Assembly: GCF_040938485.1 (NCBI RefSeq)
Contig: NW_027270958.1
Location: 2,046,001-2,110,000 of the forward strand
DNA from: Diadema antillarum
Taxonomy: Eukaryota
Direction: 5' to 3'
DNA: 64,000 bases
Under the pieces are notes generated by a model, which was not told where the DNA came from, did not search any database, and was given only the letters and a program-made list of their open reading frames with translations. The position numbers were made by a program, and so were the translations under genes. Shown piece after piece: positions 22,909 to 36,500 of this stretch. Position 1 is the first letter of the stretch, and every line of letters starts with the position of its first letter.

Positions 22909-25900
22909 ATGGCGGTCTTTATGTATATAGTGATAGGACTCGTAATGCTCTGCTGCTACTTCCTCTACAAGCCAGTCCCATCTGGCTTTCCAGACCCATG
23001 GAAGTATCGACTGACCGTAACAGCAGCTGAAGTCTTCATGAGTCTAGTAAGTATACATAGAACTTTATTTTATACCTACTGCACACTGAACTATCGTATC
23101 CGGGAAGACTCGTTTAGTCCTGCGCATGGGGGTTCATTATACCTTCAGCACTGTACACCGTCTAACAAATCCTGTATCCGTATACACACGTTTGTACGTG
23201 TATTATCACGCATTCACATGGCTTGTGTAAAAGAGCGTAGACCACAACACAGAGCTTCTTCATCCGGGGGCTTCATACACAATTATACATGGGTAATATC
23301 TAACGCACGTGCGTAAAATGGTTCGAGATATAACGCGCACAAAGCCACTGTTATTAATGTCAGCACATCGACATCTATGTACATCGTATACAATTCAACT
23401 GGTTGTTAGATTCCCGTATACTGTACTAAGTACATCAGTGCACATAGTGACGTATAGCCGAAAGCTCTATGAAATTCAAGTGCATGCTTTGAATCGTGGG
23501 CAAACAGTAACACCAAGTACGTGTTCTTGATATGTAAATAATATTCAATTATTATACAGATATACATGTATGTATCCACACATACTATGATTATTGTAGT
23601 AGTATAAAATCGTCTGTCTTTGATAGGATTCGCTTATAGCCATCAAGGTATGATTTTTTTTGTATATTATATACATTTATATTATACAATGTATGCTGTA
23701 TGTAAATCATTTATTTACATACCTGCAATATATAATATATATATGTATATATATATACATACTAGTATATTTATAAAACGATATAAACACAAGGAAAAGT
23801 AGAAATTACGCGGTGCGTAATATATGTCCCCGCCGGAAGTAGCATTTAGTAGCAAAATGTACAATGTAGGTAAAAAGATGAAGGTCAAAGGTCAAAGGTC
23901 AAAATTCTATGTAGAAGTTTTGAAGCCCTCACCTAGTGCCATCACATAGAGCAAACGGAATCGAAATCGGGATAGAAATGGCGAAGGAGTAGCATTTTGT
24001 AGCCAATGTACAATATAGGTAAAAAACTCAAGGTCAAAGAAGTCAAAGGTCAAAATTCTGTGTAGAAGTTTTGAAGCCCTCACCTAGTGCCATCACTTAA
24101 AGCAAACGGAATTGAAATCGGGTTACAAATGGCGAAGGAGTAGCATTTTGTAGCAAAATGTACAATATAGGTCAAAAATCAAGGTCAAAGGTCAAAGAAG
24201 TCAAAGGTCAAAATTCTGTGTAGAAGTTTTGAAGCCCTCACCTAGTGCCATCACGTAAAGCAAACAGAATCAAAATCGGGATAGAAATGGCGAAGGAGTA
24301 GCATTTTGTAGCCAATGTACAATATAGGTAAAAAAATCAAGGTCAAAGAAGTCAAAGGTCAAAATTCTGTGTAGAAGTTTTGAAGCCCTCACCTAGTGCC
24401 ATCACTTAAAGCAAACGGAATTGAAATCGGGTTACAAATGGCGAAGGAGTAGCATTTTGTAGCAAAATGTACAATATAGGTCAAAAATCAAGGTCAAAGG
24501 TCAAAGAAGTCAAAGGTCAAAATTCTGTGTAGAAGTTTTGAAGCCCTCACCTAGTGCCATCACGTAAAGCAAACAGAATCAAAATCGGGTTAGAAATGGC
24601 GAAGGAGTAGCATTTTGTAGGCAATGTACAATATAGGTCAAAAATCAAGGTCAAAGGTCAAAGAAGTCAAAGGTCAAAATTCTGTGTAGAAGTTTTGAAG
24701 CCCTCACCTAGTGCCATCATATAAAGCAAACGGAATCAAAAACGGGTTAGAAATGGCGAAGGAGTAGCATTTTGAAGCAAAATGTACAATATAGGTCAAA
24801 GGTCAAGGTCAAAGGTCACAACTGAAATTCTGTATAGAAGTTTCAAAGCTCCCATGTAGTGCTACCATATAAAGCAAACAGAATCAAAATCGGGTTAGAA
24901 ATGGCGAAGGAGTAGCATTTTGAACATTTTGATCACACACGGACGCACACACGGACGGACACACGGACGGACACACGGACACACACACACGTACGGAACC
25001 CGTTTCATAGTCCCCTGCTCGAACTCGTTCGGCGGGGACAATAAGAATATTATATTATATGTATATACAGCTATAATGTTTATTGTATATGTATATTTGT
25101 CTAAATCTGCAGCTGAAATACATATTCGTGCGTGATTTCTTCTCGGTTGGATTTTTCGAATTCATTGTCGTGTAATCTTCAAAAAAAAAAAAAAAAAGAT
25201 GTCACAAAACTTGAACGGTTGCAAAATTCTGCTGCCCGATTGTTAACTTTTGCTAATAAGTTTGATTCCATGTCACCAGTTCTCCGTTCCTTACATTGGT
25301 TATATGCTGTAGAAAAAAGGATTGTTTTCAAGATTCTGTTATTAGTACATCATTCAGTTCATTCTTTTTCCCCCGCACTGCAAAAAGTCCGGTGTTAAAT
25401 AATGAACACCGAGCTGGTGTTAAATTTTCGGTGCTCATTTATGGTGTCAAATTAACACCTCCGGGTGTCATTTCCAAATATAAAACTGTTTTTAAAGAGT
25501 TTGTTAGTAACTGCACTTCTTGTTGATTTTTAATTTAAACAAGACGATCAAGAATTTTACATTAAAATACTAGATTTTTGAAAAAAAATGTGAAAATAAA
25601 TTTACACCACAGTAACACCAACTGGTATGGTCTCTTATTGAAGCTGGACGGGTGTTAAACCATTGATATTAACACCAACAAATATCAAATCAACACCACG
25701 TGGTGTCATTTTTTAATTAACACGCAGTACAGTGTCAAAATAACACCAGGTACAGTGTCAAATTAACACCACGAAGTGTCAGGTGAACACTTTTCAACAC
25801 CATCATAGTGCATTTTCTACACCTGTAGGTGTGGTCCTCTACTGAAGTTTGATCGGTGTTAGATTTAACACCCATGGCGCTAAATCTAACACCGATGTTT

Positions 25901-28900
25901 TTACAGTGCGTATCATAAGTAATTCTGTTTAAAAATACAATCCGACACGAAGGCTACGTTCATCATCAGATACATTCTTACTCCAAACACCAAGAGTAAA
26001 ACATGGGTATGGTGATCGTGCTTTTTCCGTTATGGGACCAAAATTGTGGAATCATTTACCTCTAGAGTTAAGGGAACTGTCATCTACAGAGCCATTCAAA
26101 TCCAAACTTAAAACTTATCTGTTCCTTTCATACTGAGGACTGTAATTGCTGTATGTCATTGATATTGGATCAATATTGTATTTTAATTGGTATATGTTGT
26201 ATTCTTTAATTGGTATATATTTGTTTTTGTTTACCGTTTTCTTCTTTGTTGAAATGTTTGAATACATGTATGTATATGCATGTGAATGATATCTTTTCAT
26301 TTTTGAAGCGCCATGAGCACTGAAAAGTGGACCTGTGCGCTATACAAGTAGCCACTATTGTTATTATTATTATTATTATAGATAAATGCATAATGGCACT
26401 TGAGTGTATAGGATATATGAACTTACGTGTATATTTGCTTTGTTCATTCTTGAAATCCAGAAGCAGCAATGTTTTTGTGGGTTTTTTTTTTTTGTTTAGT
26501 TTGTGTACCACAGTGCGTTCCCAAACGTTATTTTTTTCTTGCCACTCATAATGGTCAGCTTTATTTGAAAAGTATATTTAGGCAACATCCCACAATCTGT
26601 TCTCGTTTCCTTTAATCTTTGTGATCGTGATGTGTCGTTATAGTATGGTCTCAAGATGCTCATACGTGACTTCCGGCGCCCTTCATCTTCATACGAAGTG
26701 ATGATGGAGGCATGGAGCAAGAACATGACATCGACGCCGATTCCGCCAGCAGAAGTCCCCGGGTCGAACATCAAGTCCCGCCTGGATTCTTTCGGTGGGA
26801 TAAAGGTCAGGGTTTACGAACCAAAAGACAGGGTGCCTGGCGTACCCCTTCCCGCTTTCCTGTACCTACATGGAGGAGGGTTAGTCATCGGAACCATAGG
26901 TACATTGTAGGCCTAACTCTAACTGTTTTTAGAGATTAACACAACACTATGCTCCGGTTTATGCTTTGCAGAGGCTATCAGTTGAACTAGATTAAACAAA
27001 ACTGGTATGGAATCCGCCTTGCAAATGAAAACGAAATGCATGCACCACGGCTCTGTGTGTTAAGCTTCCTTACAAGTGAAAACAAGAGTATTATATTTAG
27101 TGTTTGCAGTCACTCGGGAAAATGTACAGGGCTTTCAACAGTGTGACACGCTCCGCTGAATCTGTACAGATATCCGTCATAGCCTTATTTCAGCCTAAAT
27201 TTAAAGCAGTCTCATAGCTTTTTTTGTGTGTGTCGGAAAATCGCTTCTCAATGAACCCATTGAAGACGAGTCACGAGTATACTCATGTAAAGATGTTAAT
27301 GGGAAATGCTTGTTGTATGGCAAAATCAGCCCGTCCTTAACGATTAAGCTAAAGAGAGAGAACGTACGTAACCACTATTCCTATTTAAATTTTGAGCATT
27401 TTATCTTTTTGAACTCCTTCCCGAGGTAAACCTTAATAGGCCTAAAGCACATTCGAGCACTTAGTGAACTGTATGGTATAAGAGTAAATACGTATAAATG
27501 CATATATGTGACTGAATTCAAGACTAAGCACAATAAATTCGTCATAACATTCAATGCGTGGATTCTTTTGACGTGCGTAGAATGCGATTGTGTCTCACTA
27601 CCATATGACTACGACATTCTTGTGCTCCTTATTTTTTATAGGGAGAGTTCACTTAGGCCCCAAATAATCAAACATTTAGCGTTTTATAGCACTCCTCTTT
27701 CTTCCTGTGCAATGTCTTCCAAATATTCTTCCAAATAATGAAACATTTCGTTTTATAGCACTCCTCTTTCTTCCTGTGCAATGTCTTCCAAATATTCTTC
27801 CAAATAATGAAACATTTCGTTTTATAGCACTCCTCTTTCTTCCTGTGCAATTTGAGATTACTCTGTCTAGCAAACGTTATTAACTATGTAATATGAGAGG
27901 TTTAATAGAATTGTTATGGGAACCTTTCATATAACTAAAGTAAATCCACCGTAATATCTTGACTACCTCTTATCTCTTCTTTTTCCCCCTCCAAATATAG
28001 ACTTTTATGACAGAGGTGTGCGCATGATCACCGAACGTCTCAACATCATTGGAATTGCTGTGTCGTAAGTGATCTCATTAGGAGTACGAAAGTATCAGAA
28101 TGCTCTCTCCACAATAAGTGAAACAAAAGACTTCCTTTTCAGCCTCAGGTTTAGGAGATGCTAACTTCTATACCCCAAGTATACAAGAATTGCTGCTCTA
28201 CCACACAAATTCCCTCACGTGATATGACTTCCAGTCTTGTAGAAGAAATATTACGGCAGAGAGAGTTTGAAGGCTGATGTGCAATTTGAATGTTAACTAC
28301 ATTGGATGATAATACTGTCTTACCGAAGTAGCTGGCATGTGCGATGCCATAATCACACAACTCTTACGATGAATTCATAAAAGATCAAATTAATGTTCAC
28401 ATCGTGCTTCGAGGAAAAATCTCCAAACTGTGTTCGAGATTTTGTATCGATGTGTTTTGCTCAACCACAGTCAGAGAAATTCAGAGGCAGTTGCCAGTAT
28501 GCATTACTCTACTCTTGCAAGAATTCAGCAACATGTGTAAAGCTCTTCAGTCGCTTTGGAGAAGTTCCACGCTTTATCATCAAGTGAATAATGGAAACAG
28601 ATCTAATGACATAAGTCAATTCAATTCAATTCAAAGTTTATTTCATTTTCCGACAAAACATAAGTTACACTTCTTTTGACAACAGAGAATAAGGTAAACA
28701 GAACATTATGTATTGAAAAGAATGTACAACATTGAGGACCTTATAGTAATTATACATTGTTGTGAAAAAAGAAACAGAAGTGATCGAAATGAGGTACATG
28801 TATAACTTTGCTTAAAGTGCGAAAAATGGAGAGACCCACTAAAAAGACAGAGCTTGTAGAATGTGGGCCCCTCTGGAAAAATAACATCAGTGGGAAGATA

Positions 28901-31900
28901 ATTGAAGCATCATAAATACAAAAGGAAAAAGAAAAGAAAAGAAGAAGAAGAAGTCTGGAAGCCCACTGAGAATTAGATTCACAGATAAATACATTTACTT
29001 TTATAGACGCGAACGAACATAGAAAACGACTAGACAACGAAACAACTACTGAAGAAAAGGTTGTACGGGACAAAACGGAATGGACAAGACTAACAAACAG
29101 AAGACAAAATAGCAAACGAAAATGCACAACAGAGACAGCGATCTCCGACAGAAGCATGTCAAGAGAAACAGATGATAGTTGTGGAGAAAAAAAGTGATAT
29201 TGTAACGCCAGAAAGGAGAAAAGCAAGGAAATGAGGGGACGTATGAACTGGAGTAAGACAGAAATTCAAGTCTTGACGCTTTGGGCGATAGCGTAGATGG
29301 CAGCAGACATCCACTAAAAAGAATACAATTTTTTCTTCAAAGAGGAAAAAAGGTAATTAAGTCAGTAAGTGAGAAAGAAGGCCAAACGGCTAGTTCAGTA
29401 CTGTAGAGTCATACGATTGCAATAGAAAGGACCTCAGTCTCCTCTTGAAAGAATATATAGATGGGGCGTTTTTTATATCATGATTCAAAGAATTCCAATA
29501 ATTTGGGCCTATATAAATAAGTGTATTTTTAGCAAGGATCGTGCGTAAAAGGGGTAAATGAAATTCATTGGAACGCCTAGTGGGATATTCATGAAATGAT
29601 TGGTTTTTGAGGAACATAGAATCAAAAATAGATGGAAGCAAATTGTTGCAATAATTGTACATAAATTGGCCTAAATTATACAAAAACAGATCTTTAATTT
29701 TCAAGAGCTTGCTAGAGGCAAACAACGTGTTTGTATGAGAACGTACAGGGGAATGGCAGATAACGCGGAGGGCTTTCTTTTGCAAGAGGGACACTCTTTC
29801 AAGTAAATTCTGATGCGTGTTGCCCCAAACTAAAACTCCATAATTCAAATGAGGCAATATTAACGACGAATATAACATAAGTAATACTTTTTGTGGAATA
29901 TAAAATTTCAATCTATTTATAACACCTGTATTACGCGATATTATGTTACAAATATTATCAACATGTGATTTCCAGGAAAGTTTATCATCCACAATGACCC
30001 CCAAGAATTTAATATTTGATACTCTTTGTAGATGAGAATCATCTAAAACTATATTTGTGTTTAAATTATCAACAGTATTACTAAAAATCATATATTTTGT
30101 TTTTTGAGCATTGAGTGATAACTTGTTAGCTCTGACCCAGTTGGTCACTTTTTGCAATTCAATATTGATTTTGTGAACGAGAAAATCAATATCGTTATGG
30201 GCGAAAAATACATTTGTATCATCTGCGAAATGAATAAAAGAGAGATCATCAGATACGCGACAAAAATCATTTATATAGATAATGAACAATAACGGCCCTA
30301 AAATACTTCCCTGTGGGACGCCACATTTAACTTCTCTGATAACTGAATCATTATTATTAATTGTAACAAATTGTTTTCTATCGACTAAATAACTCTTGAA
30401 CCACTCCAAGGCCTTCCCACGTACTCCATAATGCGATAACTTATAAAGTAAAATGTCATGATTGATGGTGTCGAAGGCCTTGGAGAAGTCCAAGAAAATA
30501 CTAACTAAATGAGAATGATTATCAATGGCATGAACTACTCTATCAACGAAATATAAAAGAGCATGCGAAGTACTATGTTTTTCACGAAAACCAAACTGAG
30601 AGTTCGTAAAAACTTCATGTACCTTCAAAAAATTGATCATTCTCTTATAAATAAGTTTTTCTAAAACCTTAGACAGTGAGGACAATAATGAAATTGGGCG
30701 ATAATTGCTGACTACAAATTTATCGCCTTTCTTAAATATTGGTATTACTTTAGCCAATTTCATTTTATCGGGAAACACACCGTTAAAAATTGACAAATTA
30801 AATATATGAACAAGTGGATCAGCAATCGAGGAAATAACACCCTTAAGTATAAAATTATCTATCTCATCATAACCAGAACTTCGTTTGTTCTCAAAAGAGG
30901 AAACTATATCAATAATTTCAAATCTATTAGTCGGTGTAAAAAATATGGAATCAGAGTTGCGCTGGCCTAAAAATTCAGTAAAATGAGTTTCTGTTGCAGG
31001 AATAGTTTGAGCATAGTTTTCACCTATTTCTGAAAAATAGGAATTAAAAATATTTGCAATATGAAGAGAATCATTAATCAATTCATCATTCATTTTAATT
31101 TTGTCAATGTCAGAGTTTTTACTCGGAACATTCATGGCCTGTTTTAGAACTTTCCAAGTATTTTTCATATCAAACCTATATCTCGAGAATTGCTTAAAGT
31201 AATATCTTTTCTTTTCAGAACGTAAAATCATTGTCAAAGTATTTTTGTATGATGTATATCTATTCTTCGATCGCTCAGTTTTTTCCAACTTATATTTATA
31301 ATACAAACGATTTTTCCTATTAATTGAACGAAGGATTGATTTTGAGATCCAAGGTAACCTGGGTGTTTTTTTGTAATCTGTTCTATTTTTTTGTTTTGGA
31401 ATTACATCATCTAAATGATGATTGAATATTTCCATAAAATTATGAAAAGATATATTGATATCATCGCTGCCAAACACTCCTGACCAGTCAGCATTCTCGA
31501 GAGCCACATCAAAACTAGCTAACTTTTCGGGTGAAACTCTACGACTAAACAAAGGAAATGAGGGAGGTTTAATATTAGATGAAGTTTTAAGAGTAAAATA
31601 AGTCATTATTGGAAAATGATCAGTCATATCTGAAATAATTAGGAAAGAGTCGGGGAGGGGTAGAATATTACAAAAAATGTTATCAATGAGGGTGGCAGAA
31701 CGATCTGTAATACGTGTGGGTTTGGAAATGAGCGGAAGAAAGGATGAGGATAAAAGTGTGTGAAGAAAATCACTAGAGATATTATCATGCTCAGATTTCA
31801 GCAAATCAATATTGAAATCGCCGAGTAAAAGGCAATCCTTATTTCGGAAAACGTGTGAATTTGCCAAATCTGAATAATAGGTTAAAAAATCATTAGCGTT

Positions 31901-33459
31901 TGAATTAGGAGGTCTGTATACAATGCCTAACATAAGATTTTTACATCCTGGGATGAGGATTTCTATAAACAAAGATTCAACCGTTTCGTCCATTCTAGAA
32001 ATATCTTGATGGACAATAGTTTCAAAGGAACCTGATATGTACAATGCAACACCCCCACCATTCTTATCAGGCCTATTATTAACAAATAAATCGTAACCAT
32101 CAATTGCAAAGGAATTTTCTGCATTAGAAGTTAACCATGTTTCACTTAATCCAATAACCGATAACGATTGACTTTCATCAGATTCTAATAAGTACTTTAA
32201 ATCATCAAAATGTTTATTTAAACTCCTAATATTTAAGTGTAACAAACAAAACGTATCCTCAGAGAAGTTATGAATCATATCTTTGTATTGATTTACTGTA
32301 ATATAATTGCATAACATATTTGAGTGAAATCATTACTAAAATCATGAGGCAATTCATTTGTTCCTGTATTCAGGGTATCGGTAACAAAATCATCATAAGG
32401 GGTGGTTCCTGTACTGGTTAGCCCACTAACTGGGTCAGAGTCTAACCTAGTGTTCCTAAACAATTCAAAAAGTCATCATTCGATACGGAATAAAATGGAG
32501 CATTAAAAAAATTAGCCATGATTAAAGGTACGAGACGAGATTATAAAAGTCTGCGATGTCAACAAAACTAGGATGTCGTAAATAAGTGGATGATACAAGA
32601 AAATAACCAGTCGCCAGAAAGAGGCAAAACACTGGAGTAATCTACAAGTATAAATGGCGTCAAAATCACGATAAGCAGGAGATCGCTGAGGAGAAGAACG
32701 TGAAACGAGAAAGAGCAGAATAAGGTAAGTGAGAACGTTCAGAAGCATCGTCAGAGAAAGACATAGAACACACACAACACAACACAATAACAAGAATAAA
32801 TCAAGTGTCTCTGTGGGCTTCCGAAAGAGGAGGACAGGGATGAGAAGGGAAGTAAAAGAACGAGCTCGACGGCTGTAGTCGAAAGAGGAGAAGTACAAAG
32901 ACGTGAGTTGCGCTAGCGTAAGAATTCAAAGTGCTGCACAGTGCGCAAACTTGTGAATTGCAGCATAGACACACCAACTGAAACTTTGACGGAAAAAAAA
33001 GAATCAGTAAGAGTTCAGTGGAAGCAGTATATATCGACAGCATGAATGGCTGTCCGTGCCAATCATACATTTTTGGCAAAGCCAAACATCCAAAGTTACA
33101 TAAAAGGAAGAAGAAGAAGAAGAAGAAAAAAAAAAAAAAAGAACTCGCCACCTGCAACGTTACCTTTAAATTCTTGATCACAAGGTTCATTGGAACAACA
33201 TTCCATTGGTACTGTCATATGGTACATTATACACGATGTCACGTGGATGTTGCTTAATAGTAATAATGCAAATCAAGAGAAGACATACATACACAGAAGA
33301 TATTACCTAAGATTCATGAGATTCAATATAGAACATGAGGCCTTAAACCATGTCATAGAATTGAAAATATAAAGTGAAAATAGAGGTACTTGGAATTCAA
33401 TAGTAGGACCACTTCAGCAATGTAACCAGGTACATGCATGTTCTGTTCATAATAGTTAA

Positions 33460-33502
<43 letters not shown>

Positions 33503-36500
33503 TTTAATAAAAAAGGAGAAACGCCTTGCGGCAGGTATGGCCTGTCTTTCGTCAAACAAATGAATTCCCGATTAAAAGAACAGTAAGAAATAAAAAGGCT
33601 GAGATTTCATGGTGGGTTATTAGGCTGGGAGGAAAAAAAAATGACCCGTGAACTATTATACCACCCTAAAGGGAGAGGGGAATGACTGCTTGAAATGAAA
33701 GAGTGGCAAGTGTTTTGAAGACACCCGCATACTTTGGATGGAATCATTGATAATAAAATGACAGTTTGAAAATGTTTACAAAGAATACCCCTGACAAAAA
33801 ACGACAACAACAAACAAACATGGGGGTGACCCCAAGGGCTTGACCTATCCAAGGAAAAAAAAAAAAAAAAAAAAAAAGAAACGAAACAGTTTGAATTACA
33901 TGGTGACGCATGGTTATATAATGACACCTTCCAAAAGAGCACCGGGATAAACTTATAGATACATGTGAACAGAAGCCTTTGAGCCGCTCTTCAACCGCTT
34001 GGAAAGCGGGATTGGGGTAGCGTCCTGGAGGACATTAAACACATTTGCAAATAATCGAACTTTGTTGTAGAAATGACACGCTGTACGAGGTCAATGCTTA
34101 ACAATGCAAATCGAGAGTAGACATTACATATACAGAGAAGAGAACATAGGATTCATGTGGTTCAGTGAAACATCGGGTTTTAAAATGCATGTCACGGTCA
34201 TCGATCGTATCTTAGAATTGAAAATAAAGAGAAAATAAGGGTAAGTGTAATTAAATAAACGATTTTGGCGATGTAACAACAGAAAAATAAGAAAAAAAAA
34301 AAGAAATCAGCAACAAGGACTCCCGATTTAAGAACCGAGAGAATCAAAATGGCTAGAAGAATCAGAATGGCTGGTGACACATGACACCTTCAAAAGGGAC
34401 ATCAAGATAAACTGATAAATTCATGTGAACAGGTGCCTTGTCTGCACTTCAAAAGCTTTGAAAGGAGGTAGGAGTAGCGTCCGGAAGGACGTTTAAAACA
34501 CATCACACACATTGCATAGGCAAATAATCAGACAATGTTTAGAAGCGACATGCCATACACAGTCAGTGCTTAACAATTCAAATCAAGTGTAGGCATTTCA
34601 TAAACAAAGAGAAAAGAACCTAGAATTCATTGTGGTCCAATAAAACATCTGGTCATTTAAATGAAGATCGCGGTCGGCCACCGTGTCTAGAATTGGAAAT
34701 AAAAGAGAATAGTGGTATGTGTAAATACAACAGACCCCTTAGCAATGTAACGAGATTCATGCATGTTCTGTTCACAGAGGTTCACAGGAGTTGCCCGTAG
34801 CAACAAAAGGAGAAAAAAAAAGACATGGGGGGGGGGGGGCTTGGCCTATCAGATGTCAAGATAACCAAATGAATTTCCGACTTAAGAACCGAAAGAAACG
34901 AAACAGCTGAATTTCGTGGCGGCACATAGTTACATTATAACACCTTGAAAGAGAACATCTAGATACACTGACAGTGATGAACAAGTGCCTCTGACCGCCC
35001 TTTAACCGCCTTGAAAGGGTGTAGGGGTAACGTCCGGAAGGAGGTTGAACACATTACGTAAGCAAATAATCAGACAATGTTTTAGAAGTGACATACCGTA
35101 CGTAGTCAAAGCTTAAATATACAGAAAAAAAGACATTACAGAAAGCCTTAGCTAGGATTGTTGTGGTTCAATAGAACATAAGGTGTTAAAATGCAGATCA
35201 CGGGCATCAGCCTTGTTATGGAATTGAAAATAAAAAGAAAGTTGGGGTACTTGAAATTCAATAGACCACTACGGCAATGTAACCATATTCATATGTCCTG
35301 TTCACCAGAGCTCACAAAAGTTGCCCATAGCAACCAAAAAACATTGTGAGGCGTGGCCCGACTATAACATCAAACAAGTGAATTCCAAGCAGAAGAGGCA
35401 AAAGATACGAAACAGCTGGATTACTAGGCTGTTGGAAAAAAAAAAAAAAACATGAACTAAATACCACCCTAAAAAAGTGGTCTAATGGTGGTAAGCTCTG
35501 AAAATATAGACAATTGCAAAAATACCATACAAAGAGTGGCGGGTTTTTGCGGTGGGCTCTGCACACTTCGGGTAAAAGTGCTGATAATGTTCTAAAATTT
35601 TCAAAGAACACCCCTAAAATGCCTAACATGGTGTTTTAAAATGTGAAGAAAATAGGGGTACATGTGGATGTAATTCAATAGACCATTTTGAACAGTGTAA
35701 CGAAACTCTTGCATGTCCTGTTCACGAAAATTCACTAGAGTTGCCCATTTACGTGGGAACGTAGTGAAAAACGGATTGAGTAAAGTATAATAGGGACCAA
35801 AAAATAAATTGTAAGAGGCCTGGCTTGGCCTGTCTATAACGTCATAGATGTGAACGTCAAAGAAGTGAATACCAAGCTTATGGGCCCAAAGAAACGAAAC
35901 AGCTGAACTACTTAATGCCCGGGGGCATATTGCTGTTAGGAACAGAGACGCCGGTGAACTAAATATCACCTTAAAAAAAAAGAGCGGTCAAATGATGGTA
36001 AGCACTGAATGCGGCAGATACCATGCAGATAGTAGCATTTGTTTTGTTTTGTTTCTCTCTTTTCGGTGAGCTCCCCACCCTTTGGATGAAAGTGCTAACA
36101 ATGTGACTATTCTAAAATTCAAATTGTCTTGAGGGACGTTAGACAACTATTAACATAATCCTCAGAGGAGGAGATGTAGCACAGGTACAAGAATAGTAGG
36201 ACAAAAGAAAAAAAAATGTCGGTTTTATAATCAATATTTAAAGTTGTGATTCAAATTGCGCCGCATCTTAAGTATCGGGGTAAAAGGAATAGTACGTGGC
36301 ATGGCGAGTACGTCAAAAACAATTATTATAATTGAAAAATTACTTGTACTATATGATACCCTGTTGGGCGTTAGAAAATAATTGATTGTTATTTATATAC
36401 GAATAAAAAAAAATATACATATATATATAATGCCTGGGGTAGATTAGGTGAAGGGTGGACAAAATTTAAACAGTAAAATTATTTATTTATCTATTTATTT

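Noticed and set aside
23845-24920. CRISPR-like regular repeats (also considered for 41154-41490)
   Set aside because: There are no unique spacers and whole units repeat; the context is eukaryotic and there are no cas genes.
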